A stretch of 64,000 nucleotides of DNA from an uncultured Myxococcales bacterium. GTDB lineage: Bacteria > Myxococcota_A > Bradymonadia > UBA7976 > UBA1532. A program made the translations under genes and the position numbers. The notes beneath the pieces are model-generated. The model had not been told where the DNA came from. It did no database searches and saw nothing but the letters and a program-made list of their open reading frames with translations. The DNA is taken from the NCBI GenBank assembly GCA_903847385.1, contig CAINDO010000261.1, forward strand, positions 108 through 64,107. Reading direction: 5' to 3'. Below are positions 1 to 11,221 of the stretch, one piece after another (position 1 is the first letter of the stretch; each line of letters opens with the position of its first letter).

Positions 1-1757
<1,757 letters not shown>

Positions 1758-2069
1758 CTTCTCTCTCCTTGTGATGCCTCGAGCCCGGGGACGACGATGG
1801 GCGTCCGATGTCCGGTGCCGAGAGGCGCATCCATGCGCGCGTCGATGTTCACCCGGATCGGCTCCCATTGCCAGTTGTCGGATCGGCTTCGATCAGTACG
1901 GTAGAATTACGGCACAAGTGGAATCGAATTGGTAGATTATCCTTGAGCTGTTCGTAAGTCCGCCGATAACTTGATCACCTGATACTCCACGGGGGGGAGA
2001 GCCTCGCCCGTGGTCCATTCCCGGTGCGTCCGGATGCTCGGTCTGTCCGCAGGCCCTACGGAGAGGTGA

Positions 2070-5000
2070 ATGAAAAAACAGAGTGTGCTCGCGTCGCTCG
2101 GCCTTGGGGCCGCCGGCCTCGTGGCGATGGCCGCCCCCGCCCAGGCGCAGCAGGCGCCCTTCAATGTCGTGACCGCGCCTTGGGTGCCCACCCGGCCGGA
2201 CGTGCCCCATGAGGGCGTGGACCAGCAGTGGCACTTCTTCCAGGCGACGGCTCGCGGTGGCAACTGCGCCAACGTGGAGTACCGCTGGGACTTCACCGGC
2301 GACGGCACCTGGGACACGAACGGCGGCAACTTCGCGCCCGCTCAATCCCGCTGGAACCTCGGGCCCGCCGGCGGCCAGAAGTTCACCTATCCGGCGCAGG
2401 CGGCGGACCGCCTCTTCGTCGCCCGCGTCGAAGGACGCTGCGGCGCCGAGACGGACACGGCCGAGTTCCCGATCCGCGTTCGCGTCAACCCGACGCGGCC
2501 GCAGCGGCTCAACCGCGCGATCTCGAACGGGCTCTGGTACGGCCACCTGCAGCTCAATCGCGACGTGGCCAACACCCGCGCCTGGTGGACCGACACGCCG
2601 GACACCGCCGCGCTGGCGCAGGCGTTCCTGAATCGGGGCCACCGGGCGACGATCGACCCCGAGACGGACCCCTACCGCGAAGACGCGCTCTGGATGATCA
2701 ACTTCCTCCTCACGCGTTACGTGACGGTGGACATCCGCGGGGGCAACGTCGGCGGCGTGAACCCGGACATCAACGGCAACACGTTCGGCCTGCGGACGGA
2801 TCGCGGCAACTCGAACTACTACGGCGGCCCGCACCTCGAGGCGATCTCGAGCTGGGGCGACATGGACTACATCACCCCGGCGGGCTCTTCCGCCAACGTC
2901 GCCGGTCGTCGGCTGGGTGATGTCGTTCAGGACGCCGCCGAATACTTCATGTGGTCGCAGAGCCAGATCGCCTTCAACGGCGACTACGCCGGCGGCTGGA
3001 ACTACGGCGAGAACGACGGCGCCATCGACAGCTCCCAGGTGGGCTGGGCGGCCGTGGCGCTCTTCTCCGCCGAGTTGAACGCCGGCGTGGCCATCCCGGA
3101 CTGGGTCAAGACGCGCACCTACAACGGCGTCGCCTACAACGACAACAACCGTGGTGGCGCGCCCGCCGGCGCGTACGGCTACCAGAGCTCCGCCGACTAC
3201 CCGGGCAGCCACCCGCGCTCGGGCGCCATGCTCAACGCGCTCGGCTTCTCGCTGTCGCGCAACCGCAACGACCCGCGCGTCGCGGCGACGGTCAACTTCA
3301 TCGGCAACAACTTCGACAACCGGACGGCCGGCGATCCCTGGGAGGGCCGTCACCTGGATCCGGGCGCGCCGGCCAGGGCCAACTACTACGGCCTCTACCA
3401 GATCACGAAGGGCATGCGCTCCTTCGGCGAGCCCATCCGCCTGATCGGCAACGCTCAGATCGACTGGTACGCCCGTTACTCGGACTTCCTGATCCGCACG
3501 CAGAACGCCGATGGCGCCTGGTTCAACGACGATCTGTGGATGGGCGCAGTTCCGCTCGTCCACGGCCTCGCGCTGCTGATCGCCATCCCGACGATCTTCG
3601 AGACGCCCCCGGTCGCGGTTGCGGACGCCAGCCCCGTGCTGGCCGGCCCCGGTGACGAGATCACCTTCACCCACGTTCACTCGTACGCCGCGGATCCGTC
3701 CGTCCCGTTGATCAGCTACCGCTGGAACTTCGAGGACTTCCCCACCGGCCTCGACCTGAACAACGACGGTCTCTTCGACGCCCCCGGCGAGCACGCCCCC
3801 GAGGACGCGAACAACGACGGCCAGGTCACCGGCGACGAGATCGTCTGGGACTTCGAGACCGCCGATCCCGACGCGCGCCCCACCTTCACCTACGATCCGC
3901 CCGGCCTCGACTTCGGTGAAGAGGTCCAGTACCGCGTGACGCTCCAGGTCGTGGACCGCCTCAATCGCACCGCGATCGACGACGAGTCGGTGCGCATCCG
4001 CGTGTCGATCATCAACCACCCGCCGGTGGCCCTGCCGCACCCGAGCGGTGACCCGGACCGCGCCTACGAGGTCGTCCCGGGCCGCACCTACACGCTGGAC
4101 GGCAGCCGCAGCTACGATCCCGACTCCGACGACCTCCCGGCCGCCGGTTTCTCCGCCGACGTGATCACGAGCTTCGGCTGGGACACGGACGGCAACGGCT
4201 CGTTCGACCGCGACGGCGACCGGATCGACTTCACCGTGCCCGCCAACTGGCAGGCCGGTGAGAATCGCAGCATCCAGTTCCGCGTGTGCGACGACGGCCA
4301 GTGGGTCGGCACGCTCGACGCGGCCTGCCCGGGCGGCGACTGCACGCTCTGCGGCGAGCGCTCCGTCCGCTTCGACGTCGTGCCCAACCAGCCGCCCGTC
4401 GCGGCGGCCATGCCGAACGTCGTCGATGTCGAGGAAGGTGGCGTGAGCGCCACCTCGCCCGCCGATTCGGTCGACCCGGACGGCGGCGCGTTGAGCTACG
4501 AGTGGTCCTGCGACGAGGCGCTCGCCGCCGACGTCGACGCCGACGGCACGCTCCACGTGAGCGCCCGTGACCTCGACGCACCCGCCGACGGTCTGCTCTA
4601 CAGCTGCTTCCTCACCGTGACCGACGACCTTGGCGCCGCGGACGTGACCGAGGTCGTCATCCGCATCACCAACGCCTCGCCCATCGTCGAGCGCCTCGAC
4701 GTGGCCCGGACCGCCGACGAGGGCTCGATCGTGCCCGTGAACGTCGGCGCGTCGGACGCCGCCCCGGCCGATCAGGCCGTGCTGACCTATGGGGTCGACT
4801 GCGACGGCGACGAGATCCTCGACGTCTTCGATTCGGGCTCGCCCGTGCTCGACTGCAGCTGGCCCGACGAGGGCGTGTTCACCGGCACCGTGGTCGCGAT
4901 GGACGACGACGGCGGCGTCGGCCAGGACATCTTCGTCATCGAGATCCTGAACGTCGCGCCCTCGATCGACCCGGTCGTCTGCCCGGCGGCCACCGAAGGC

Positions 5001-7004
5001 ACGCCGGTCGCCATCAACCTCCGCGTTCGCGATCCCGGCGTGCTCGACGACATCACCTGCGCGCTCGTCGCGCCGGTGCCCTCGGGCGCCGGCCTGAACA
5101 ACTGCCTGGTCATCTGGACCCCGACCTACGCTCAGGCCGTCCGCGGCCTCGTCGACTTCGTCGTGGGCGCCAACGACGGCGACGGCGGCGAGGCGACGTC
5201 CCGCTTCCAGTGCCGGCCCCGCTGGCTGGACGAGGACGGCGACGGCATCGCCGACACCTGGGAGGACCAGAACGACGTCCAGGACCCCACGGGCGACCCG
5301 GACGGCGACGGCCTGACCAACCAGGACGAGTTCGACCTCGGCACGGATCCGCACGTCTTCGACGGCGCCACCCCGCCCGTGCTGATCGACCCGATCGGCG
5401 GCGAGGCCGTGAACTCCACGACGCCGCCCCTCGTGCTCCGCAACGCCCGGGACAACAACCCCCGCGGCCAGGGTCTGCGCTACGAGTACCAGGTCTACGC
5501 GGACTCCTCGCTGCGCCAGCTCGTGACGGTCTCCGACCTGGTCATCGAGACGGCCAACAACACCGCGTGGCCCGTGCCCGCCGGCTTCCTGATGGAGAAC
5601 CACACGTACTGGTGGACGGCCCGCGCCAACAACGGTCTGGCCTTCGGCAACGCGCCGAACCCCGAGTCCTTCGTGGTCAACGCCCTCAACGAGGCGCCCA
5701 GCGTGCCCTCGATCCTCCGCCCCGAGAACGGCGACTCCGTCGGCTCCCGCCGGCCCACCATCGTGGTGGACAACGCCTCCGACCTCGACCCCGGGGACGA
5801 AATGCTCGACCTCGAGTGCGAGATCGCCACGGACGACGCCTTTGGTGACGTCGCGGCCCGCCCGGCCGGCGCGCAGTCGCCGGACGGCTCGACGGCCCTC
5901 GCCCTGGAGCAGGACCTCGACGAGCACACCGAGTACTTCGCCCGCTGCCGCGCGGTCGACCCCCAGGGCGAGTACAGCGCCTGGTCGGACGTCGTCAGCT
6001 TCACCATCGACACCGGCAACCAGCCGCCGACGGCCCCGACCTGCCTCAGCCCCGCGCTCGACGAGGTGGTCCGCCAGCTCGACGGCATCTCGCTCATCGC
6101 CGGCAACGCCTCGGATCCCGAGGGTGACTCCCTGACCTACCGCTTCGAGATCTCCAACGATCCGACCTTCCCGGCCGACACGACCATCACCTCGGCCGAG
6201 CTGCCGGAGGGCCTCGCCGGCGAGACGATCTTCGCCGTCGAGGCGATGCTGCAGGACAACACGTTCTACTTCTACCGCGTCCGCGCCCGCGATGGGCGGG
6301 CCGCCGGCCCCTCGTGCACGTCGCGCTTCCGCGTCGACCTCGTGAACGAGCCCCCGTCGGTCCCGACGCCCATCAATCCCTGGATCGACACGGTGTCCGA
6401 GCCCACGCCCCGCTTCGTGTGGGCCGAGTCCACGGATCCCGAAGGCGACGACATCACCTACGAGACGATCCTCTACACCGACGTGGAGCGCACCCAGGAG
6501 GTCTGGCGCGGCCGGACGGCCTTGACCAACATCGACTACGATGGGGTCGAGCGCCTGCCTGGCGGCGACTACTGGTGGCAGGTTCGCGCCGAGGACGAGA
6601 TCGAGGGTCACAGCTCGGAGTGGTCGATGCTGATCCACTTCATCGTGCCCGGCGAGGTCGTCCCCCCGGCCGACGCGGCGCCCAAGCCGGACGCCACGGT
6701 CGTCGACGCCACCGTCGAGGTCGACGCGACCGTCGACGCGACGACCCCCGCGGCCGACGCCGCCACCGTCGAGGCCGACGCCACCGCCCTGGAAGAGGAC
6801 GCCGTGGTCGCCGAGCAGGACGCCGCGCTCCCGGAGCAGGACGCCGTCCCCGAGGCGGACGCCGTCACCGAAGAGCGGAAGATCTCCCGCAGCGTCTCCG
6901 GCGCGGGCTGCAGCACGGCCGTCCCGGGCACCCGCGGGACCACCGCCGCCCTCGGCCTGATGCTGGTCGCTCTGGCGGGTCTCGCCCGCCGCCGCCGCCG
7001 CTGA
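2070..7004 (+). CDS. Large MYXO-CTERM-anchored surface protein: prenyltransferase/squalene-cyclase-like alpha/alpha barrel plus PKD/Ig/FN3-like repeats
   Basis: GGAGAGG RBS; signal peptide; GGWNY, DSSQVGWA, QNADGAW QW-like motifs; YRWDF/YEWS PKD motifs; NxxPxxP FN3 linkers; acidic DA-repeat stalk; C-terminal GCS...AALGLMLVALAGLARRRRR. Confidence 0.82.
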   Translation: MKKQSVLASLGLGAAGLVAMAAPAQAQQAPFNVVTAPWVPTRPDVPHEGVDQQWHFFQATARGGNCANVEYRWDFTGDGTWDTNGGNFAPAQSRWNLGPAGGQKFTYPAQAADRLFVARVEGRCGAETDTAEFPIRVRVNPTRPQRLNRAISNGLWYGHLQLNRDVANTRAWWTDTPDTAALAQAFLNRGHRATIDPETDPYREDALWMINFLLTRYVTVDIRGGNVGGVNPDINGNTFGLRTDRGNSNYYGGPHLEAISSWGDMDYITPAGSSANVAGRRLGDVVQDAAEYFMWSQSQIAFNGDYAGGWNYGENDGAIDSSQVGWAAVALFSAELNAGVAIPDWVKTRTYNGVAYNDNNRGGAPAGAYGYQSSADYPGSHPRSGAMLNALGFSLSRNRNDPRVAATVNFIGNNFDNRTAGDPWEGRHLDPGAPARANYYGLYQITKGMRSFGEPIRLIGNAQIDWYARYSDFLIRTQNADGAWFNDDLWMGAVPLVHGLALLIAIPTIFETPPVAVADASPVLAGPGDEITFTHVHSYAADPSVPLISYRWNFEDFPTGLDLNNDGLFDAPGEHAPEDANNDGQVTGDEIVWDFETADPDARPTFTYDPPGLDFGEEVQYRVTLQVVDRLNRTAIDDESVRIRVSIINHPPVALPHPSGDPDRAYEVVPGRTYTLDGSRSYDPDSDDLPAAGFSADVITSFGWDTDGNGSFDRDGDRIDFTVPANWQAGENRSIQFRVCDDGQWVGTLDAACPGGDCTLCGERSVRFDVVPNQPPVAAAMPNVVDVEEGGVSATSPADSVDPDGGALSYEWSCDEALAADVDADGTLHVSARDLDAPADGLLYSCFLTVTDDLGAADVTEVVIRITNASPIVERLDVARTADEGSIVPVNVGASDAAPADQAVLTYGVDCDGDEILDVFDSGSPVLDCSWPDEGVFTGTVVAMDDDGGVGQDIFVIEILNVAPSIDPVVCPAATEGTPVAINLRVRDPGVLDDITCALVAPVPSGAGLNNCLVIWTPTYAQAVRGLVDFVVGANDGDGGEATSRFQCRPRWLDEDGDGIADTWEDQNDVQDPTGDPDGDGLTNQDEFDLGTDPHVFDGATPPVLIDPIGGEAVNSTTPPLVLRNARDNNPRGQGLRYEYQVYADSSLRQLVTVSDLVIETANNTAWPVPAGFLMENHTYWWTARANNGLAFGNAPNPESFVVNALNEAPSVPSILRPENGDSVGSRRPTIVVDNASDLDPGDEMLDLECEIATDDAFGDVAARPAGAQSPDGSTALALEQDLDEHTEYFARCRAVDPQGEYSAWSDVVSFTIDTGNQPPTAPTCLSPALDEVVRQLDGISLIAGNASDPEGDSLTYRFEISNDPTFPADTTITSAELPEGLAGETIFAVEAMLQDNTFYFYRVRARDGRAAGPSCTSRFRVDLVNEPPSVPTPINPWIDTVSEPTPRFVWAESTDPEGDDITYETILYTDVERTQEVWRGRTALTNIDYDGVERLPGGDYWWQVRAEDEIEGHSSEWSMLIHFIVPGEVVPPADAAPKPDATVVDATVEVDATVDATTPAADAATVEADATALEEDAVVAEQDAALPEQDAVPEADAVTEERKISRSVSGAGCSTAVPGTRGTTAALGLMLVALAGLARRRRR

Positions 7005-7028
7005 GCCCCGCGGGCCCCACCGCGGGGC
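7004..7028. terminator. GC-rich hairpin between convergent genes
   Basis: GCCCCGCGG-loop-CCGCGGGGC immediately after the stop codon; no long U tract. Confidence 0.5.
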
Positions 7029-7062
7029 CCTTCCCGTCGTCCCGCCACCCGCGCTCGCCCGC

Positions 7063-9018
7063 CTAGACGCTTCGTCCCACCCGCCAGCCCGACTCCATCG
7101 CCTCCAGAATCGTCGCCGGCTCCTGGGCATCGCCCAACAGCGTGACCCGGGGATCGCCGTGCACGTCCGCCCACTCGGCGGGCGCGCGCACGCCGATGGC
7201 GAGCACGACCAGGTCGGCGGGGGGCAGCGTCTCGGCGGGGCGGCCCTTCCGATCGGCGAGGAGGACGGCGTCCGCACCCACGGAGGAGACCGTGCGGCCG
7301 GTCGCCACGCGGACCCCCGCGTCCTCCAGCCGCGCCGCGAGCAGCGCGCGAACGCTGGAGGGCAACCCGAGCCCGACCTTGGGCCGCTTCTCGACCAGCG
7401 TGACCTCGGGGCGGGGGTCACGGTGGATGAACGCATCGGCGACCTCACAGCCCTCGGGGCCGCCGCCGACGACGAGCACGTGTCGACGGGGCGTCGGATC
7501 GGCCAGGGCCGCCTCCGGGTGCAGGACCGGCGACGTCGCGCCCAGGCCCTCGATGGGCGGCGCGGGGTTGGCCTCTGCGCCGACGGCGATCAGGATCACG
7601 TCCGCGGGATCGGCGAGGACCTCGGCGGGCGTCAGCCGGCGACCGAGTTCGACGTGCACGGGGGCCTCGGCGAGCGTGCGCCCGAGCCAGTCGGCCAGGG
7701 CGCCGAACGCGGCCTTCTCCGGGGGCACGCCGCTCGCGCGCACCTTGCCGCCGACCGTGTCATCGGCGTCCACCAGGCGGACACGATGGCCGCGGCGGGC
7801 CGCCTCGACGGCCGCGAGGATGCCGGCGGGCCCGGCGCCGACGACCAGGATGTCCCTGGCGTGTTCAACGGGCGCGGGCGCGACGGTGACCCGCCCCGCC
7901 TGTGGGTTGACCAGGCACCGCACCGGGCCCTGGGTGACCGACTCGGCGCACCGGTTGCACGCGACGCAGGGGCGAACGGCGGCCTCGTCGCCTGTGGCGA
8001 GTCGGGCGGGGAGCTCCGGATCGGCGATCAGCGCGCGACCCATCGCGATGAGATCGGCGTCGCCGCGAGCCAAGACGGCCTCGGCGAGCTCGGGTCGGCG
8101 AAAACGCCCCACCGCGATCACGGGCACGGCGAGGCCGGCCGCGGCCAGGTGTCGGCGCACGCTGCCCGCGAGGTCGGCATAGGTCGCCTCGGGCAGGTAG
8201 TACGCCGGCATGTTGTAGCGGTAGCTCTCGTAGTTGCAGGCGCTGATGGAGAGCGAGGTCGCGCCGGCCCGGACCAGCGCCTCCGCGTGCTGCGCCGCCA
8301 GGTCCGGCGTGATGCCGCCCTCGACGCGCTCGTCCGCGCTGAGGCGGCACTGCACCGGGAACTCGGCGCCGCAGCGCGCCCGGATGCGGCGGACGATCTC
8401 GACGGCGAAGCGGGTCCGGCCGGCCGTGTCACCCCCCCAGGCGTCATCCCGGTGGTTGCTGTAGGGGCTCAGGAACTGGCACACGAGGTAGCCGTGCGCC
8501 ATGTGGAGCTCGACACCGTCGGCGCCGGACCGCTGCGCTCGCGCGGCGGCGTCGGCGAAGGCGGTGATGGTCTCCTCGATCTCGTCGGGCGTCATCGACC
8601 GCGGCGGATCCCGCATGACCGGGCAAGGGATGTCCGAAGCGGACAGCGGCTGCCCGCCGGCGAACTGCGACACGGTCTGTCGCCCGGCGTGCGAGAGCTG
8701 GGGAAAGATGCGACCGCCGACCGCGTGCACCCGCGCGATCAGGCGCGCCCAGCCCGGGTCGGCGGTGTCGTCCGCCCACATCGCCATCCAGGGCGACAGG
8801 CGCCCGCGCGGAGACACCGCCACGTTGCCCGTGATGATCAGACCGGCGCCACCGGCCGCCCGGGCGACGTAGTGGTCCTCCATCGCCTGTGTCACATGGC
8901 CGGTGGCGTCCGCCAGCGACGGATCCATGGCCGGCATCACGATGCGGTTCGGCAGCGTCAGCGGGCCGAGCGCGCAGGGGGAGAAGAGGGTGGGCCAGCG
9001 CTCGGGCCCCGTCCTCAT
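7063..9018 (-). CDS. NADH:flavin oxidoreductase (OYE / 2,4-dienoyl-CoA reductase FadH/BaiCD-like) with Fe-S and FAD domains
   Basis: Start MRTGPERWPTLFSP at ATG 9018 overlapping the upstream stop (ATGA); LPNRIVMPAM, ELHMAHGYL, NHRDDAWGG, CVACNRC...C, VVGAGPAG. Confidence 0.88.
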   Translation of the reverse strand: MRTGPERWPTLFSPCALGPLTLPNRIVMPAMDPSLADATGHVTQAMEDHYVARAAGGAGLIITGNVAVSPRGRLSPWMAMWADDTADPGWARLIARVHAVGGRIFPQLSHAGRQTVSQFAGGQPLSASDIPCPVMRDPPRSMTPDEIEETITAFADAAARAQRSGADGVELHMAHGYLVCQFLSPYSNHRDDAWGGDTAGRTRFAVEIVRRIRARCGAEFPVQCRLSADERVEGGITPDLAAQHAEALVRAGATSLSISACNYESYRYNMPAYYLPEATYADLAGSVRRHLAAAGLAVPVIAVGRFRRPELAEAVLARGDADLIAMGRALIADPELPARLATGDEAAVRPCVACNRCAESVTQGPVRCLVNPQAGRVTVAPAPVEHARDILVVGAGPAGILAAVEAARRGHRVRLVDADDTVGGKVRASGVPPEKAAFGALADWLGRTLAEAPVHVELGRRLTPAEVLADPADVILIAVGAEANPAPPIEGLGATSPVLHPEAALADPTPRRHVLVVGGGPEGCEVADAFIHRDPRPEVTLVEKRPKVGLGLPSSVRALLAARLEDAGVRVATGRTVSSVGADAVLLADRKGRPAETLPPADLVVLAIGVRAPAEWADVHGDPRVTLLGDAQEPATILEAMESGWRVGRSV

Positions 9019-10286
9019 GCGTCCTCCAGCGTTCGCCCGAGGGACTCCAGCGTGAGCACGCAGGTCTGGCCACCGAGGCCGGCCGAGTGCACGGCGCTGC
9101 GCAGCACCCGCGTGGCGCGCGGCGCGTCCGTCACGAGCGCGAGGGCGGCGGCGCTCGGGTCGATGTCGTTCAGGCCCACGATGGGGGGGACTGTCTGTAC
9201 GCGCATCGATTGCAGCGCCAGGGCGAGCGAGAGGCCGCCGGCGGCGGAGATGCTGTGACCCAGGCCGCCCTTGTCGGCCGTGATCGCCGGCCGATGCGCG
9301 CCGAAGAGCGTGCCGAGCGCCTCGGCCTCGGCGGCGTCGTACCGCGGGTTGCCGTTGCCGTGTGCGTGCACGACGTCCACGTCCTCGGGGCGCCAGTGGG
9401 CCACCTGAAGCGCCTGTTTGAACGCCGCGACGATGGCGCGCGGATCGCAGCCGCTCAGCCCCCGCAGGGCCGTGGCGTTGCCCAGGCCCGTGATCCGGGC
9501 GATGGGCTGCACCCCGCGTGCGGCGGCGTGGGCGGCGCGTTCGAGCACGAAAAACGCCGCGCCGTCCCCGGGCAGGAAACCGTCGTGGCTTCGGTCGAAG
9601 GGGTGGGGGGCGCTCTGCGCGCTGAGCACGCCCAGCCGGCCGAAGCCGGTCAGATGTTCGGGGTTCACGGCGGCGTCCGACGCGCCGGCGATGATCACGT
9701 CCGCGCGGTCCTCGGCCAGGGCCCAAGCGGCCTCGCCGACCGCCTGCAGCGCGCCCACGCCCGAGTTGCAGTAGTTCGTGTTGATGCCCTGGGCGTCCAG
9801 GAGCGCGCTGGCATAGCCCAACACGTTGTTGGACAGGCCCTTGAGCAGCCAGAGCGGGTTGACGACCGGCATGCCTTCGGCGGCGAATCGCCGGGCATCG
9901 TAGTGGTCGTCCACGCTGGCTCGCTCGAGGGCCGGCACCAGGTCGCCCATCTCGCCGAACGCCGTGCCGGCGCCCACGAACATGCCCAGTCGCTCCGGGT
10001 GGGTGCTCTGGGGCGTGAGGGCCGCGCTCTGCACGGCCAGCTTGATCGCGGCGAGTCCGTACTGGACCGCCGGGGTCATGAGCTTCAGGTTCTTGCGGTT
10101 CTCGATCCAGTCCTTGCCCTGGAACCCCTTGATCTGACAGCCGTATTTCGTGGGGAACGGGCCGGTGTCGAAGCCGCTGATGGGCGCGGCCGCCGACTCG
10201 AGGCGGCACAGCCGCTGATGGATCTCCGCGGCGTCGAAGCCGAGGGGCGAGATGACACCGATGCCGGTGATGACGACGCCGTTCAT
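9015..10286 (-). CDS. Beta-ketoacyl synthase-like protein lacking the catalytic Cys (chain-length-factor-like)
   Basis: MNGVVITGIG...; NTNYCNSGVGALQAVG aligns with NLTTSTACTSSAQSIG of the neighbouring KS, giving Cys->Gly; HGNG and KGGLGH retained. Confidence 0.82.
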   Translation of the reverse strand: MNGVVITGIGVISPLGFDAAEIHQRLCRLESAAAPISGFDTGPFPTKYGCQIKGFQGKDWIENRKNLKLMTPAVQYGLAAIKLAVQSAALTPQSTHPERLGMFVGAGTAFGEMGDLVPALERASVDDHYDARRFAAEGMPVVNPLWLLKGLSNNVLGYASALLDAQGINTNYCNSGVGALQAVGEAAWALAEDRADVIIAGASDAAVNPEHLTGFGRLGVLSAQSAPHPFDRSHDGFLPGDGAAFFVLERAAHAAARGVQPIARITGLGNATALRGLSGCDPRAIVAAFKQALQVAHWRPEDVDVVHAHGNGNPRYDAAEAEALGTLFGAHRPAITADKGGLGHSISAAGGLSLALALQSMRVQTVPPIVGLNDIDPSAAALALVTDAPRATRVLRSAVHSAGLGGQTCVLTLESLGRTLEDA

Positions 10287-11218
10287 GAGCCGAGCTCCGT
10301 GAGAATGCCGTTCAGATCGGCCTCTTCGTCCAGGGTGGCGGCGGGCGCCTTGCGGGCGAGACGCTTCACGTGGGTCAGGTTGCTGCGGCCGGGGCCGAGG
10401 TGCCAGAAGCGCTCGATGCCGTGGTCGAGCATGGACTGGAGGCTCTCCTTCCAGCGGACCGCGCCGGTCACCTGCCGGACGAGCCGGTCGCGGATCGAGG
10501 CGGGATCGGCGTCGGCGGCGTCGAGCCAGGCCGCGTCCACGTTGGCGACGTAGGGGTGGGCCAGGGGACCGACGGCGACGCCGGCGAGGGCCTCCGCGAG
10601 TCGCTCGGCGGCCGGGGCGAGCAGGCGACAATGGAACGGGGCCGAGACCGTGAGGGGCGTGACCATCGCGCCCTGCGCCTCGAGGCGGGCGATGGCGCGG
10701 CCGACGGCGCCGGCCTCCCCGCTGATGACGGTGAGTTGGGGCGCGTTGTAGGCGGCGGGCTCGCACACCCCGTCGGCGGCGGCGCAGGCTTCGGCCACGG
10801 CGGCGTCGTCCGCGCGTTGGATGGCCGCCATGGCGCCCACTCCGGGGGCGACGGCGGCCTGCATGAACTGACCGCGCAGGCGGCACAGGCGGACGGCGTC
10901 CGCGAAGTCGAGCGCGCCGGCCGAGACGAGCGCGCCGTATTCTCCGAGCGAGTGCCCGGCGACGACCGTCGGGCGGAAGCCTCGCACCTCGAGCACACGC
11001 CAGGCGGCGCAGGCGACGGTCAGGACGGCCGGCTGCGTATTCTCCGTGAGGTCGAGCTCAGCGGCGGGACCCTCGAGAATCAGCCGAGTCAGCGGGAGTT
11101 CGAGCGCCGCGTCCGCGGCCTCGAAGACCGCGCGGGCCTCGGGGAAGCGGTCCAGGACGACGCGCCCCATGCCCACGTACTGCGTGGCCTGACCGGCGAA
11201 GAGCAGCGCGGTCCGCAC
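10283..11218 (-). CDS. fabD: Malonyl-CoA:ACP transacylase
   Basis: FAGQATQ, TENTQPA, GHSLGEY, VSAPFHC motifs. Confidence 0.92.
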   Translation of the reverse strand: MRTALLFAGQATQYVGMGRVVLDRFPEARAVFEAADAALELPLTRLILEGPAAELDLTENTQPAVLTVACAAWRVLEVRGFRPTVVAGHSLGEYGALVSAGALDFADAVRLCRLRGQFMQAAVAPGVGAMAAIQRADDAAVAEACAAADGVCEPAAYNAPQLTVISGEAGAVGRAIARLEAQGAMVTPLTVSAPFHCRLLAPAAERLAEALAGVAVGPLAHPYVANVDAAWLDAADADPASIRDRLVRQVTGAVRWKESLQSMLDHGIERFWHLGPGRSNLTHVKRLARKAPAATLDEEADLNGILTELGS

Positions 11219-11221
11219 GAC

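Noticed and set aside
2070-7004. Calling the MYXO-CTERM protein TraA or a squalene-hopene cyclase
   Set aside because: No PA14-like domain with Cys-rich TraA repeats; no DxDD motif; the protein is secreted.
1893-7448. 1851-aa minus-strand ORF, and similar long antisense ORFs (135-1904, 10370-13396, 17351-20662, 37441-40428, 51599-55681)
   Set aside because: Shadow frames of real genes in very high-GC DNA; V/R/G/A-rich with no motifs.
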